Below are positions 38,948 through 49,125 of a DNA stretch of 64,000 nucleotides, in pieces. The stretch covers positions 1 through 64,000 of IMG/VR virus record IMGVR_UViG_3300030060_003910, one strand, 5' to 3'. This stretch comes from a virus. The notes under the pieces were generated by a model. It made no database searches. It saw only the letters and a list, made by a program, of their open reading frames with translations, and was not told the origin of the DNA. The position numbers and the translations under genes are program-made. How positions within the stretch are numbered: the stretch's first letter is position 1; each line of letters opens with the position of its first letter.

Positions 38948-39181
38948 ATGCCAAGAGGAACTCACGGATTTAGCATGGCTATAGAAGAAATAATTAAATT
39001 GATTAAGAAAGAGGGGCCACTACCCACCGAAGCAATAAAGATTAAAATTGAAAATATTCCTAGACTCAAAAATACTAGAATAACTTCAAATCGTATTGGT
39101 CAGTATCTTCGTAGAATGCCCTTTTTTGTTGTTGAAAAACAGCCAAACGGAACAAAAATATATGGAATAATGGAGGAATAA
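38948..39181 (+). CDS. Small winged-helix protein
   Basis: 77 aa; SNRIGQYLRR resembles TTSIGVYLKR of 44974..45183. Confidence 0.5.
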   Translation: MPRGTHGFSMAIEEIIKLIKKEGPLPTEAIKIKIENIPRLKNTRITSNRIGQYLRRMPFFVVEKQPNGTKIYGIMEE

Positions 39182-39183
39182 AA

Positions 39184-40092
39184 ATGCTATGGACAGAAAA
39201 ATATAGACCTAAAAATTTAAATGAAGTAATTGGACAAGAACACTTTGTATCTGATGCAAGAGGTTGGGTTGAAGAAAACAATATGCCTAATATTTTGTTA
39301 TACGGAAATCCTGGAAATGGTAAAACAGGCGCAGGATTAGTGATTGGAAGAGAAATCTTGGGTGATTCCTTTCAAGATAATTTTGTTGAAGTGAATGCTT
39401 CGGATGATAGGCGATTAGAAAATGTGCGAACTACGATTAAGAATATCGCACAAAGCGGAACAATTGGGGATGCACCTTTTAGAATCGTATTATTAGATGA
39501 GATGGATGGTATGACCACCGATGCTCAAAATGCACTAAAGCGTATCATGGAACGATATGCAAGCAATATTCGTTTTATTATTACCTGCAACGACAGAAAT
39601 AAGATTATCTTTGCATTACAAAGTCGCTGTGCAAATTATCATTTTAAGCCACTCTCTAATGAGGCGGTCTTGGAAGTTTTAACTTCAATTCTCAAGGCTG
39701 AAGAAATAACCCGATTCTCCCAAGATGAATTGGACTCCTTTATATATGCGATGAATGGTGATATGCGGAGGGCGATTACGGAACTCCAAGCGGCAAAGGC
39801 AAGCAATTCCACCCTCAAAACGCAAATTGATGCAGGATTAAATGAATACAAAAAATTGTTAATGAAAATCGTCAATAAAGATAACTTCGCATTAAGCACG
39901 ATACATGATTTCTTACACAACGGATTTACTATCCGTGAAATCTGTATTGGCTTACATGATGCAGTTATTCAAACTGAATTAGAAAGTAATGTCAAATTCA
40001 AAATTTTAAGAACCATAGGAGAAAGCGAATGGCGTTCAACCACTATGACTCCAAAGGTTTTAGCATCTTGGCTAGTTAGCCAACTATCATAG
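39184..40092 (+). CDS. rfcS: Replication factor C small subunit (clamp loader)
   Basis: WTEKYRP, GNPGNGKT, NASDDR, LLDEMD, AQNALKR, LQSRC. Confidence 0.93.
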   Translation: MLWTEKYRPKNLNEVIGQEHFVSDARGWVEENNMPNILLYGNPGNGKTGAGLVIGREILGDSFQDNFVEVNASDDRRLENVRTTIKNIAQSGTIGDAPFRIVLLDEMDGMTTDAQNALKRIMERYASNIRFIITCNDRNKIIFALQSRCANYHFKPLSNEAVLEVLTSILKAEEITRFSQDELDSFIYAMNGDMRRAITELQAAKASNSTLKTQIDAGLNEYKKLLMKIVNKDNFALSTIHDFLHNGFTIREICIGLHDAVIQTELESNVKFKILRTIGESEWRSTTMTPKVLASWLVSQLS

Positions 40093-40130
40093 AATTGAAC
40101 AAAGAAAAAATAAATATGGAAGTGAAGAAC

Positions 40131-41351
40131 ATGGACGAAAACATGAAAGCAGAAATTGAAAAAGGCGCACAGGCTATCGGCTTGAGCGTTGAAGAAGCGA
40201 AGAACAAGTTTGAAGAGATTTGTTCCGAAAACAACATTGAAACCACAAACCCTATCGCAAAGGGTCTTTGGCGAAACTTTGTTGCGAATGTAAAGCGAAC
40301 ACAGAACAATGATGGTGCTGAACAGAAAGACAATGATTCTTTCTACAAAGCAGCCTTTGGTTTCTTTGTGTCGTTAGATGCACCAAGAGATATGATGGCT
40401 TGGAACAGAATGAAAGCAAAAGAAGAGTTTATGCGTGATTCTGACAATGCTCTTGAACAGGGTATTGTGGCTATTGCTTCACAGAATGCTCTTGGAAAGT
40501 GGGTTGTTTCCCGCTATCACAACGGAGAATATAATGAAAAGACCATTTCAACTCTCCCTTCGGGTGCAGAAGAAACAGAAGATGGTCGTTTCTTTATCCC
40601 ATTGGATAACACCCCTACCTACATGAATGGTGGTAGAAACAACAATTACGGTAAGCCTCTTCCCGCAGAACAAATGCGACGAAGTGGTATTTTCTTTGGT
40701 TCCGTTGGAACGGGAGAAATGAAGCCGTATTATTTCTCTTACAAAAATCAAGGTGGTGTGGACTTTGCACCAAATACTTTTGAGTGGGTGCATTTCCTTT
40801 GTGTTGCCAATGACAATGGAACTGACATTTATGGTGCTAAGGATTTGACTTTCAACAGTCTTTCTCTTAACTCTGAAATGAATCCTGATAACGAACTTTA
40901 TCGTGATATGTCCACCTTTGACTTTGAGGATTGCTTGCGTGAAAACTTTTCATCGCATCTTGTTCCTCTTGTTGATATGGATAAAGCGCACATTGAACGC
41001 CAAGCACTTCCTTCAAAGGAACGCTATGTCATTACTGACGGAACGGTGTGCAATATGAACATGACTCCAACAAAGAACGGAAACAGAATCATCAATCTAA
41101 CTGACTTGAATGCAGAAATGGATTATGATTCTAATGAATCCGGTATTACTACTTGCTGGATTCCTGAGCATTTAACGCTTGACTTTGGCATTGGTTCTTC
41201 TGTCGTTGTTATTGGCCGAACAAGCCAAAGAACAACTGATGAAGGTGTTGAACCAACAACAATTAATGTTGCTGGCCTTTACTGCACAGTTCGTCATGGT
41301 TCAGCCGTTGAGGTTTCTGTTCCTGTTGAAGAGGACTTTGACTGGTTTTGA
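40131..41351 (+). CDS. Putative ssDNA-binding (RPA/OB-fold-like) protein
   Basis: Position in the replication module, C-terminal OB-like beta pattern, acidic-aromatic tail EEDFDWF. Confidence 0.5.
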   Translation: MDENMKAEIEKGAQAIGLSVEEAKNKFEEICSENNIETTNPIAKGLWRNFVANVKRTQNNDGAEQKDNDSFYKAAFGFFVSLDAPRDMMAWNRMKAKEEFMRDSDNALEQGIVAIASQNALGKWVVSRYHNGEYNEKTISTLPSGAEETEDGRFFIPLDNTPTYMNGGRNNNYGKPLPAEQMRRSGIFFGSVGTGEMKPYYFSYKNQGGVDFAPNTFEWVHFLCVANDNGTDIYGAKDLTFNSLSLNSEMNPDNELYRDMSTFDFEDCLRENFSSHLVPLVDMDKAHIERQALPSKERYVITDGTVCNMNMTPTKNGNRIINLTDLNAEMDYDSNESGITTCWIPEHLTLDFGIGSSVVVIGRTSQRTTDEGVEPTTINVAGLYCTVRHGSAVEVSVPVEEDFDWF

Positions 41352-41687
41352 TTAAAAACCATTCATTGTGTAGTCGTTGGCGTTAATGACGGCCATAGGG
41401 GTGCGAAGCCTTTCCCTTTGGAGGGAAAAACATGGATGATATAAAGAACGAAAGATTTTTAATTAAAGAAACAAGTTATCTCGTTGATTTGAAAGATGTA
41501 GATTTTATCACTTGGAGCGAAAATGAAAGAGACTTAGGTAAGTATTTGGCTAAGTTGCATATTGGTTCTAAGGAAACAAGATATATGTGTCAATCAGCAG
41601 AAGAACTAAAGACTTTACTTCAAACTTGGTCGGAAGTGAAGGGAGAAAAATTAGACCTTGATATAGATGAATTAGCATGGTGATAAC

Positions 41688-42503
41688 ATGGGATTAACAA
41701 ATGGAAAAACGAAAATTGATGAAGGAATGGCACAAAACGCAAGAGTTGTGGCTTTTAAGGATAAACTGGCAAAACAAACGGCAGGGCGATTGGCTCGTAA
41801 AAATCGTTTAATTTGTGGTATTTGGGGAGAACCAAAGACCGTTAAAAGCGGTTTGGCTCTTGATTTTCCAGATAAGCAAATTTATGTTCTTGACTGGGAT
41901 GATGGTTGTGAACCAACATGGCGACAAAACCATGAAATGACTGATAGGATTACTCTTTGGAATCCTGAAGTGCGAAACAAAAACGGTGAATTGGATATTC
42001 AAAAGTCTGAAGCCAATTCGGAAGATTTTGTTCTCTTTGTTAAATCAAAGATTGAAGAAGGCGAAGATTGTCTTTTTGTCTTTGACGGTGTAGATAAGTG
42101 GCTTGATTGTTGCACATTAAATGTAACTGGCTCTTCAAAAATTGGAAAGCCACAAAAGATGAAGTTTGAGTGGGGCAAGAGAAACGCTCCATTTTATTCT
42201 CTTTTGATGATGTGTAAGAATCTTGATTGCGACCAAATCTACATTACACACGCAAAGGCTGATTATGGAGCAACAGGTGAAGTTATTGGTTCTAAACCAA
42301 ACTGGCACAACTGGGGCGATTATCTGTATCAAATCATTTCAACAAGAAGAACACGCAAAAAGAACGATGTTGTGTATAAGTCTGAATTAATCAGCAGTAA
42401 AACCAACACCGAGTTAGTGGGCAAATCTTGGGAAACATTGACTGTTGGTAGCGGTAAAGTTTCTTGGGGAGGAATGCCTGAATTGCGTGAGGGATTGATT
42501 TGA
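41688..42503 (+). CDS. RecA-like/AAA_24 (Sak4-type) ATPase
   Basis: GEPKTVKS, VLDWDDG, FVFDGVD, IYITHAK. Confidence 0.65.
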   Translation: MGLTNGKTKIDEGMAQNARVVAFKDKLAKQTAGRLARKNRLICGIWGEPKTVKSGLALDFPDKQIYVLDWDDGCEPTWRQNHEMTDRITLWNPEVRNKNGELDIQKSEANSEDFVLFVKSKIEEGEDCLFVFDGVDKWLDCCTLNVTGSSKIGKPQKMKFEWGKRNAPFYSLLMMCKNLDCDQIYITHAKADYGATGEVIGSKPNWHNWGDYLYQIISTRRTRKKNDVVYKSELISSKTNTELVGKSWETLTVGSGKVSWGGMPELREGLI

Positions 42504-43267
42504 AGTTCACAATTGATAGTGATACTCTAAAGAAAGCATTAGAAAGTGTTCAAGTAAGAGGCAAAGGAACAACGAATAGTGGTTTTGGCTCAACTAATTT
42601 TGGCACTTATGCTTATTTAGTGGCTGATACTGCTTCCATTGAAATTTGGAATGGGAATGCTACTTTTTGTGTTAAAATTAGCCTTGATGCTACTGTTGAA
42701 GAACAGGGTAGAGTTTGTTTTGATAGCGCAACTGTTATTCCTTATTTAAAGAATTTTAGCGGAGAAGATATAGTTTTCTCGGTTAGGGATTTTATTGTCA
42801 TCAATTGCGGAACAAAGAAGGCTTCTATTCCTTTAGTAGTTAATCACCCGAATGCTGATGCTATCGCAAGAATCCAGAATATGTTGAATCCAGTTTCATA
42901 CGAGATTCAGCCGCAGACTCTTTATAACTTCGGTAAATCTAAGTTTGAAGGAGCATTTACTCTTACACAACGACAATTACAGGATGCAATTAAAGCCTGT
43001 GAATTAGTCAAAAGTGGAGTGTATAAGTTTGATTTCAATAATGGTGTGTTGAATGTTTCAACCCGCCAAAATGTTACGAATAAATACGAAGAAACGATAA
43101 CTCCTGCTTTTCCTACGGGAGAACCTGCTACGGTGGAGTTTAGTTCACCAATCTATGCTTTCTTTAAGAAAGACCAGATGTTGAACTTTTACCTAAAAGA
43201 TGACTTTCCTCTTTTAGTAGTAGCAAATGATAGAATACTGTTGAAAGCACCACATATTTCGGGGTGA
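42500..43267 (+). CDS. pcn: Sliding clamp (PCNA-like)
   Basis: 255 aa two-domain pattern ending DFPLL...ILLKAP; between clamp loader and polymerase. Confidence 0.7.
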   Translation: MKFTIDSDTLKKALESVQVRGKGTTNSGFGSTNFGTYAYLVADTASIEIWNGNATFCVKISLDATVEEQGRVCFDSATVIPYLKNFSGEDIVFSVRDFIVINCGTKKASIPLVVNHPNADAIARIQNMLNPVSYEIQPQTLYNFGKSKFEGAFTLTQRQLQDAIKACELVKSGVYKFDFNNGVLNVSTRQNVTNKYEETITPAFPTGEPATVEFSSPIYAFFKKDQMLNFYLKDDFPLLVVANDRILLKAPHISG

Positions 43268-43273
43268 ATAATA

Positions 43274-44977
43274 ATGATAATTAGCAGAATGAATGATGGA
43301 AATAGAATATATAAATCTTGGAGAGAAAACGGAGAGAAGAAACACGAGATTGTTCCCTTTCGGCCTTATTTTTATGTTAAGGAAGATAGCGCAGAACCAT
43401 TTGAATATAGACCTTCTAAATATATTAGTCGGGAGTTTGAGTATATTCGTGGTGATTGGGTTAATCTTGACAACGAGCCATTGAAGAAAGTCATTGTTGA
43501 AACTTCTCACGATATGCGAAAAGCAAAGGATATGTTCGGTGAAACCTATGAAGCCGATGTTCCCTTTCACTTTCGGTATTGTGTTGATGAGTTAGATGAA
43601 ATGCCAGAATACAAACTGCGTAAGTGGTATTGGGATATGGAATGGCAACAAGGTGGTGATTATCACGACCAATTGACTACAATCGTTGTTTATGATAATT
43701 ATGACGAAGAATACATTCAATGGGTTTGGTGGCCTAATTTCCCATTCAAGGAAGAAACCACCCAAAAAGATTTGGCTGATGTTATTTTAGAAGGAGATAT
43801 TTGCCCACCCTCTAACTGTGCTGTGCGTTTTTTCTCATCAGAAAAAGATATGATTGAGGATTTTATGAACACCATGATTGTAAAAGACCCCGATATGCTA
43901 ATTGCTTGGTTTGGTCATTTTGCTGATTTACCAAAGTTATTTGAACGGGCTTGTGCGGTGGGTCTTGACCCTCGCATTATTTCACCAACGGCAACAGTTA
44001 AGGGAGTAAAGTCTGTAAAAGATGGCTTTGAGTTTAAATATTCCGAAAAAGGTTTTTCACCAATTGAACAACCTATTGGTGGACGAATTACACTTTCTTT
44101 GGACTTGGCCTTTGAAAGACAATGGAATGATTCTCAAAGAGGAACATTACCTTCTCTTTCTCTTGATTATATCGGTGAAACTGTTCTTGATAAGAAGAAG
44201 TTAGTATCGGAAAAATTTCCTGATACTAACGAATTTTATCGTAGGGGTTGGTTAGAAGATACAGCAACTTATCTTCAATATGCTTTAAGAGATGTTGAAT
44301 TGATGGTTGAGATTGATGAAACTAATTTTTGTAGTGAAGCAATTGTTTCTCTTCAACGACTACTGAAAGCACCATTTGATGCTTGTTTCTATGCTTCTCA
44401 CATGGGTTCTATTTACTTTATGAGAAATGCTTGGTGGAAAGCACCAACGGGTAGCAAAGTGGATAAAAGACAAGAATATGAAGGTGCTATGATTTATGAC
44501 CCATTAAGTGAAGAAACAAACGGACTACATTTGAATGTAGCCGCTTTTGATTTTGCTGGTCTATACCCTTCAATGATGATTGCTCGCAATATCAGTTGGG
44601 AAACCAAATCTCAAGAACCAACAGAATTTGCAGTTAATATTCTAACTCCTAGAGACTTTAGCGAAACCAAGCATGAACAGATGCTCTATTACAAAACAGA
44701 TGAACTCGGCCTACTACCAAGAGCCGTCCTTGAATTGAAGGAGTTGCGAAATGAATATAAACGACTGATGCGAGAGGCAAGAGAAACGGATAATGGCGAG
44801 TATGTAAAGTGGTATAACAATCAAATGGCAGTAAAGCGATTAATGGCCTCTTTTTACGGCATTGTTGCTTTTCAAGGATTTGGATGGGCTGATGTAGATT
44901 TAGCAGCATCTATTACCGCAAGTGCAAGAGAAGCAATTAGATTAGCGGCGTTTGCTGCAAAGGAGATGGAAGTATGA
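43274..44977 (+). CDS. polB: Family B DNA polymerase, N-terminal part (exonuclease plus motifs A and B)
   Basis: RPYFY, DMEW (ExoI), YALRD (ExoIII), YEGA, DFAGLYPSMM, KRLMASFYG. Confidence 0.92.
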   Translation: MIISRMNDGNRIYKSWRENGEKKHEIVPFRPYFYVKEDSAEPFEYRPSKYISREFEYIRGDWVNLDNEPLKKVIVETSHDMRKAKDMFGETYEADVPFHFRYCVDELDEMPEYKLRKWYWDMEWQQGGDYHDQLTTIVVYDNYDEEYIQWVWWPNFPFKEETTQKDLADVILEGDICPPSNCAVRFFSSEKDMIEDFMNTMIVKDPDMLIAWFGHFADLPKLFERACAVGLDPRIISPTATVKGVKSVKDGFEFKYSEKGFSPIEQPIGGRITLSLDLAFERQWNDSQRGTLPSLSLDYIGETVLDKKKLVSEKFPDTNEFYRRGWLEDTATYLQYALRDVELMVEIDETNFCSEAIVSLQRLLKAPFDACFYASHMGSIYFMRNAWWKAPTGSKVDKRQEYEGAMIYDPLSEETNGLHLNVAAFDFAGLYPSMMIARNISWETKSQEPTEFAVNILTPRDFSETKHEQMLYYKTDELGLLPRAVLELKELRNEYKRLMREARETDNGEYVKWYNNQMAVKRLMASFYGIVAFQGFGWADVDLAASITASAREAIRLAAFAAKEMEV

Positions 44978-45665
44978 ATAGTTTTTGTAAAAATTGGATT
45001 AATCAAGAAATACCTAAAATGCCAGATGGATTTACTGCATCACAAATGCACAGTAGGCTATCTAATTTAGGTAAAACTTTAAAGTATCTTGAGAATACGA
45101 CTAGCATTGGGGTTTATCTCAAAAGACACGAAGCCTTAAATATGAATGATTCATCGGGAATTAGAACCTATTGGAGGAAATAAATATGAAAACAAAATAT
45201 ATTACAGTTAAATTATCTTATGATACAGAAGAAACCTATGATATTACAATGCAGGAAGTCAAAGAGATTTTTCAAATGATGAATAATCTCAAGAGACACG
45301 CTATCATTGTAGATGTTGAACAAGGTGTGAATGAAAATGATGATGGACAGGACGAATGAATTGCTGGAGGAATTATTGATGATGATTAACAGAAGCAACA
45401 AAATTCTAATGATGGTAAATGTCGTCAATATCGCAACAATTATTACATTACTGGTGGTGGTATTATGAAAGAAGAAAAACTATATTTAGAAACATTGAAA
45501 GAAATAAGAGACATGAAAGAATATGTAAAGGACGAGATTGATTCCCTGTTTGTGGAATTACAAAAACTTCGTGATATGCGAGGAGCAATTGAAGAATTAC
45601 AAGAAGAAGTGGCGAAACTTGCAGGTGAACCTGTTGGTATGCTCTTTACTAATTATTGGGCGTGA
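44974..45665 (+). CDS. Four small ORFs between the polymerase halves
   Basis: 44974..45183 (wHTH-like), about 45186..45359, about 45340..45468 (TM tail), 45465..45665 (coiled coil), all translationally coupled. Confidence 0.55.
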
Positions 45666-45669
45666 TTGA

Positions 45670-46563
45670 ATGAAAGTGGTTTATGGACATACTGATTCTA
45701 TCTATGTGCAAATTGATTCCGTAGAAGCCGCACAAAAAGCAATTAAGGTGATTGAAGATGAAGTCAAAAAAAGTTTCCCGAATATTCTCGGACTTGAACA
45801 GCATCCCGTTAGTCTGGAGTTTGAGAAGTATTATTCGGCGTTGGGTGTTGGAACAACCAAAAACAGAAACGCAGGGTTAGTATCTTGGGAAGATGGAGAA
45901 TGGTTAGAAAAGCCCAAGTTTAGTATGACTGGATTTACGGCAAAGCGTGTTAGTGAAACTAAATTGGCTAAACATATTCAAACTGAAACTCTCAAAATGT
46001 GGGTTGAAGGTAAAACACAAGCAGAAATTGTGCATTATCTACACCGACAATATACAATGGTTCTTGATGGAGAATTGAGTATAATGCCTCTTATCAAAAG
46101 AAGCCGTCTGAGGGAAAATAGGTTCATGGTAAAATGCCCCGAATGTAATACAAAGTATCATGTTCGTGATTGTATTAACTTGAAACATAAGGTATGTGAA
46201 AAGTGTGCAACAGAAACGACTAGATTTACAACCCTTGATGGAAAGAAACCCACATTTGGTGCTGGTATTGCAGGTGTTTTGTATGCTTGGGAAAAGAAAG
46301 ACACTAATTTTGATGATTCTTATATTTATTTAAAAGTAAAGGGCGTAAATGATTTTTATACTCATCCTTTAACGCAAGAAAGGCGAGAAGTTGAATACTT
46401 ATCAGGCACAACCGCTAAGGATTTTAGCGGTTATCGTCCAGACCTTGCGTTCTATGCCTCGCAGGTGGTAAAGAAGGCCGAACCGATTTTCAAGGCGATG
46501 GATTGGGATATATCGGCCATACGGACGGGGAGATTACAGGCAAGCCTTGATGAATGGTGGTGA
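45670..46563 (+). CDS. polB: Family B DNA polymerase, C-terminal part (motif C, thumb, Zn-finger insert)
   Basis: YGHTDSIY, LEFEK, KNRNAG, CPEC...CEKC, C-terminal QASLDEWW PIP-box. Confidence 0.9.
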   Translation: MKVVYGHTDSIYVQIDSVEAAQKAIKVIEDEVKKSFPNILGLEQHPVSLEFEKYYSALGVGTTKNRNAGLVSWEDGEWLEKPKFSMTGFTAKRVSETKLAKHIQTETLKMWVEGKTQAEIVHYLHRQYTMVLDGELSIMPLIKRSRLRENRFMVKCPECNTKYHVRDCINLKHKVCEKCATETTRFTTLDGKKPTFGAGIAGVLYAWEKKDTNFDDSYIYLKVKGVNDFYTHPLTQERREVEYLSGTTAKDFSGYRPDLAFYASQVVKKAEPIFKAMDWDISAIRTGRLQASLDEWW

Positions 46564-46730
46564 AAATATGAAAAAAGATACATTAAATAAAATAAGAGAA
46601 AAATGGATTTATGAATTTGGTAAATTTCAATTAACTGTCAAAGAAGATATGTCCTTTGAGGATTTTCTTCTTTGGTATGTTGATATGTTAGATGGAGAAT
46701 ATAGAGCATTTGTTGATGAGGTGAAAAGAA

Positions 46731-47642
46731 ATGAACACAGATGAAAAATATGAAGCAAGAATTAACTCAATGAGGCCATTTACTTACGATTGGCAACCAG
46801 AAAATTATGACGACCCATCAAAGCCAATTTTGAAGATTAGTAAATCTTCTCTTGTTGGTGCATTTGCTTGGTGCAACAAGAAATATGAATTTTCATATAT
46901 CCAAAGATTACCTCAAGACCAAACAGAAGCCATGAGAAAGGGAACGGTTCTTCACAATAACCGTGAAGAATTTTTTGATGTTTTTGATATTAAGAAAGCA
47001 GAAACTATGAATAACTCCGAAGTGCTTGAATACTGCACTTCGCTTATGCCTATTGATGATTATTTTGATATTTCTTTAACAGTCGCCGCATTTGAAGCAC
47101 AGCGATTTATTGAAGCGAGAAGTGAGGGTAGAGTTGAAGAATACTTACCCGTCATTAATGAGCGAATGTTTGATTGTGAAATTACTGTTCCTCAAAATGT
47201 AAGTAAGAAATATCCTTTACAGCGAGATTATGTAGTAAGGCTTCAAGGCATCATTGACCGTGTGTTTATTGAGAACGGCAAACTTATTCCGTTTGAATAT
47301 AAGACAGGCGGTTGGAAAGATTCAAAGTTTAGTAGTATGCGGCAAGAAATGGCTTTTTATCAATTGATGATTGAAAATGCTCCCGAAGAAGTGCTTGAAA
47401 AGCATGGATTGACAAAAGACATGGAGGTTAGTCATTGGGGTTGGTATTATCCTGTTGCTAACCATATCACAGTTGAACCTGTTAAGAAGCGTTCAATGAC
47501 AGCACTTTGGGATAATATTGCTAAACTAATTTATACATATGAACAGGGAGAATTTCCGACTAGTTTTTGGAGAAGCACCTGTTCACAATATTGTTCGTAT
47601 TACGGTATTTGTCCTGCGGCACAAGAGGATGCGTGGCTATAA
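46731..47642 (+). CDS. PD-(D/E)xK Cas4/RecB-like exonuclease
   Basis: GTVLH, GIIDR, EYKTG, QMAFY-like motif, N-terminal C and C-terminal CxxxCxYxxxC. Confidence 0.8.
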   Translation: MNTDEKYEARINSMRPFTYDWQPENYDDPSKPILKISKSSLVGAFAWCNKKYEFSYIQRLPQDQTEAMRKGTVLHNNREEFFDVFDIKKAETMNNSEVLEYCTSLMPIDDYFDISLTVAAFEAQRFIEARSEGRVEEYLPVINERMFDCEITVPQNVSKKYPLQRDYVVRLQGIIDRVFIENGKLIPFEYKTGGWKDSKFSSMRQEMAFYQLMIENAPEEVLEKHGLTKDMEVSHWGWYYPVANHITVEPVKKRSMTALWDNIAKLIYTYEQGEFPTSFWRSTCSQYCSYYGICPAAQEDAWL

Positions 47643-47798
47643 TGATAGATGAGTTTATGAATTGTATTTATGATTTATTACTGATATATTGGCCTAATAT
47701 AAACCCAGTAATATTACATGACGCTTTATTTGACCCTATGAATGTAATTAAACTAGACCAACTTTTGAGTAATTTATATACAATAACGGAGGAATTAG

Positions 47799-48170
47799 AT
47801 GAAAGATTTAATTGAAAGAAAAGTGCTTGGAAGAAATTGGACATTCAATGAGATTTCTAATCTCAATGATACGGTAGCCAATCTATCGCAAGATATTTAC
47901 TCAGAAATGACTCTTATTGAAAAATTTAAACTGGTTCAGGATTTGAGAATCAAAGAAGATTATGTAGGAGCATATTTTGAAGATGTGCTTAAATTAACAG
48001 TAATGACCGTCTTAAACGGCGAGATTGCTATGACAATAAAACAGTTGCTCAATGGAGCAACAATTAATTTTGGAGGTAATACAAATGAAGTTTCCGAGGG
48101 AAGTATGGGCGGGGAGCCACATAAAGAACGCCCCGCAAATGAAAAGAAAAGTCGTCTTAGCGAGGAATGA
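47799..48170 (+). CDS. Hypothetical protein
   Basis: 123 aa, RBS GGAGG. Confidence 0.55.
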   Translation: MKDLIERKVLGRNWTFNEISNLNDTVANLSQDIYSEMTLIEKFKLVQDLRIKEDYVGAYFEDVLKLTVMTVLNGEIAMTIKQLLNGATINFGGNTNEVSEGSMGGEPHKERPANEKKSRLSEE

Positions 48171-49125
48171 TTATGCTAACTTTATTAATGCTCAAAATAA
48201 CAGGACGAATGTATATACTACGGTCTATGATTTCCAGCATTTTTCAGAGAAAGCGAAGGTAGAATCCTCAGTAATTATTGATAGAATTTTTCTTGATTTT
48301 GATGCACACGAAGATAAATTAGATTTGGCTTGGAGGGATGTTAAAGTGGTAATGCAATTAGTTCATCAAAAAGATTATCTACATACGCTTTTCTTTTCGG
48401 GTCGTGGCTTTCATCTATTTTTGTTCGGTAAGAAAACAAATAATATGAGAAATGTTCAAACTCTTTTCCGAGAGATTAAAGCATATCTCTCATCAAAAGT
48501 TGGTAGTAAAAATACACTTGATGATAGGGTAGGACAAACAACAAGATTACGCCGTATTCCTAATACGGTAAATATGTCATCTTCTGACGAAAACGGCAAA
48601 CCCTATTATTGCATACCCTTGACACAGTTTGACCTTATGTGTGAACTTGAAGATATTCTTGAGATTGCGAAAGAACCCCGCCTTATCCCCTTCCAAAAGG
48701 GTGGAAAAAACGAGGTGTTGTTTCCCGATGCACCCCCCATTGAGGCGATAGAGGGCGAGGTTTCCGTTCCTGATACGGTAGGAAAACTCCCAATGTTGCC
48801 CTGTTTGCATAATGCGGTAATGACGGAGAATCCTTCACATATGGCGAGAGCATACCTTGTTTCTTGGTATCGTGATTTGCTTTCGGGCTATCGTGATTTA
48901 TCTTCGGGACAAGAAAAAATGAAAGTGCTGAACTTAGTGGTTGAAGAACTTGAAAGAGTATTTTCTGAATCTGATTCGGTATGGCTTGATTGGGATAAAA
49001 ACGAAACTAGAAAACACGCAAGATTTACAGTATTCAATAACTACAATACGCCTCATTGTGATAAATTGATTAGTGATGGTTTTTGTGTTGGTAAATGTTG
49101 GAGGTATCACGGTGCTAGTAATTGA
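48085..49125 (+). CDS. Archaeo-eukaryotic primase, PriS-PriL(CTD) fusion
   Basis: FLDFD, FSGRGFH, RLRRIPNT; C-terminal LPCL...H.AR...YNTPHC...FC..C Fe-S-type domain. Confidence 0.85.
   Translation: MKFPREVWAGSHIKNAPQMKRKVVLARNDYANFINAQNNRTNVYTTVYDFQHFSEKAKVESSVIIDRIFLDFDAHEDKLDLAWRDVKVVMQLVHQKDYLHTLFFSGRGFHLFLFGKKTNNMRNVQTLFREIKAYLSSKVGSKNTLDDRVGQTTRLRRIPNTVNMSSSDENGKPYYCIPLTQFDLMCELEDILEIAKEPRLIPFQKGGKNEVLFPDAPPIEAIEGEVSVPDTVGKLPMLPCLHNAVMTENPSHMARAYLVSWYRDLLSGYRDLSSGQEKMKVLNLVVEELERVFSESDSVWLDWDKNETRKHARFTVFNNYNTPHCDKLISDGFCVGKCWRYHGASN

Noticed and set aside
44974-45669. Intron or split intein interrupting polB
   Set aside because: The gap holds ordinary coupled small ORFs; there are no Cys/Ser...His-Asn intein ends, and the C-part has its own ATG.
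46731-47642. Cas4-like gene as evidence of a CRISPR system
   Set aside because: Stand-alone Cas4/RecB-like nucleases are common in replication modules of archaeal viruses; no repeats or other cas genes are nearby.
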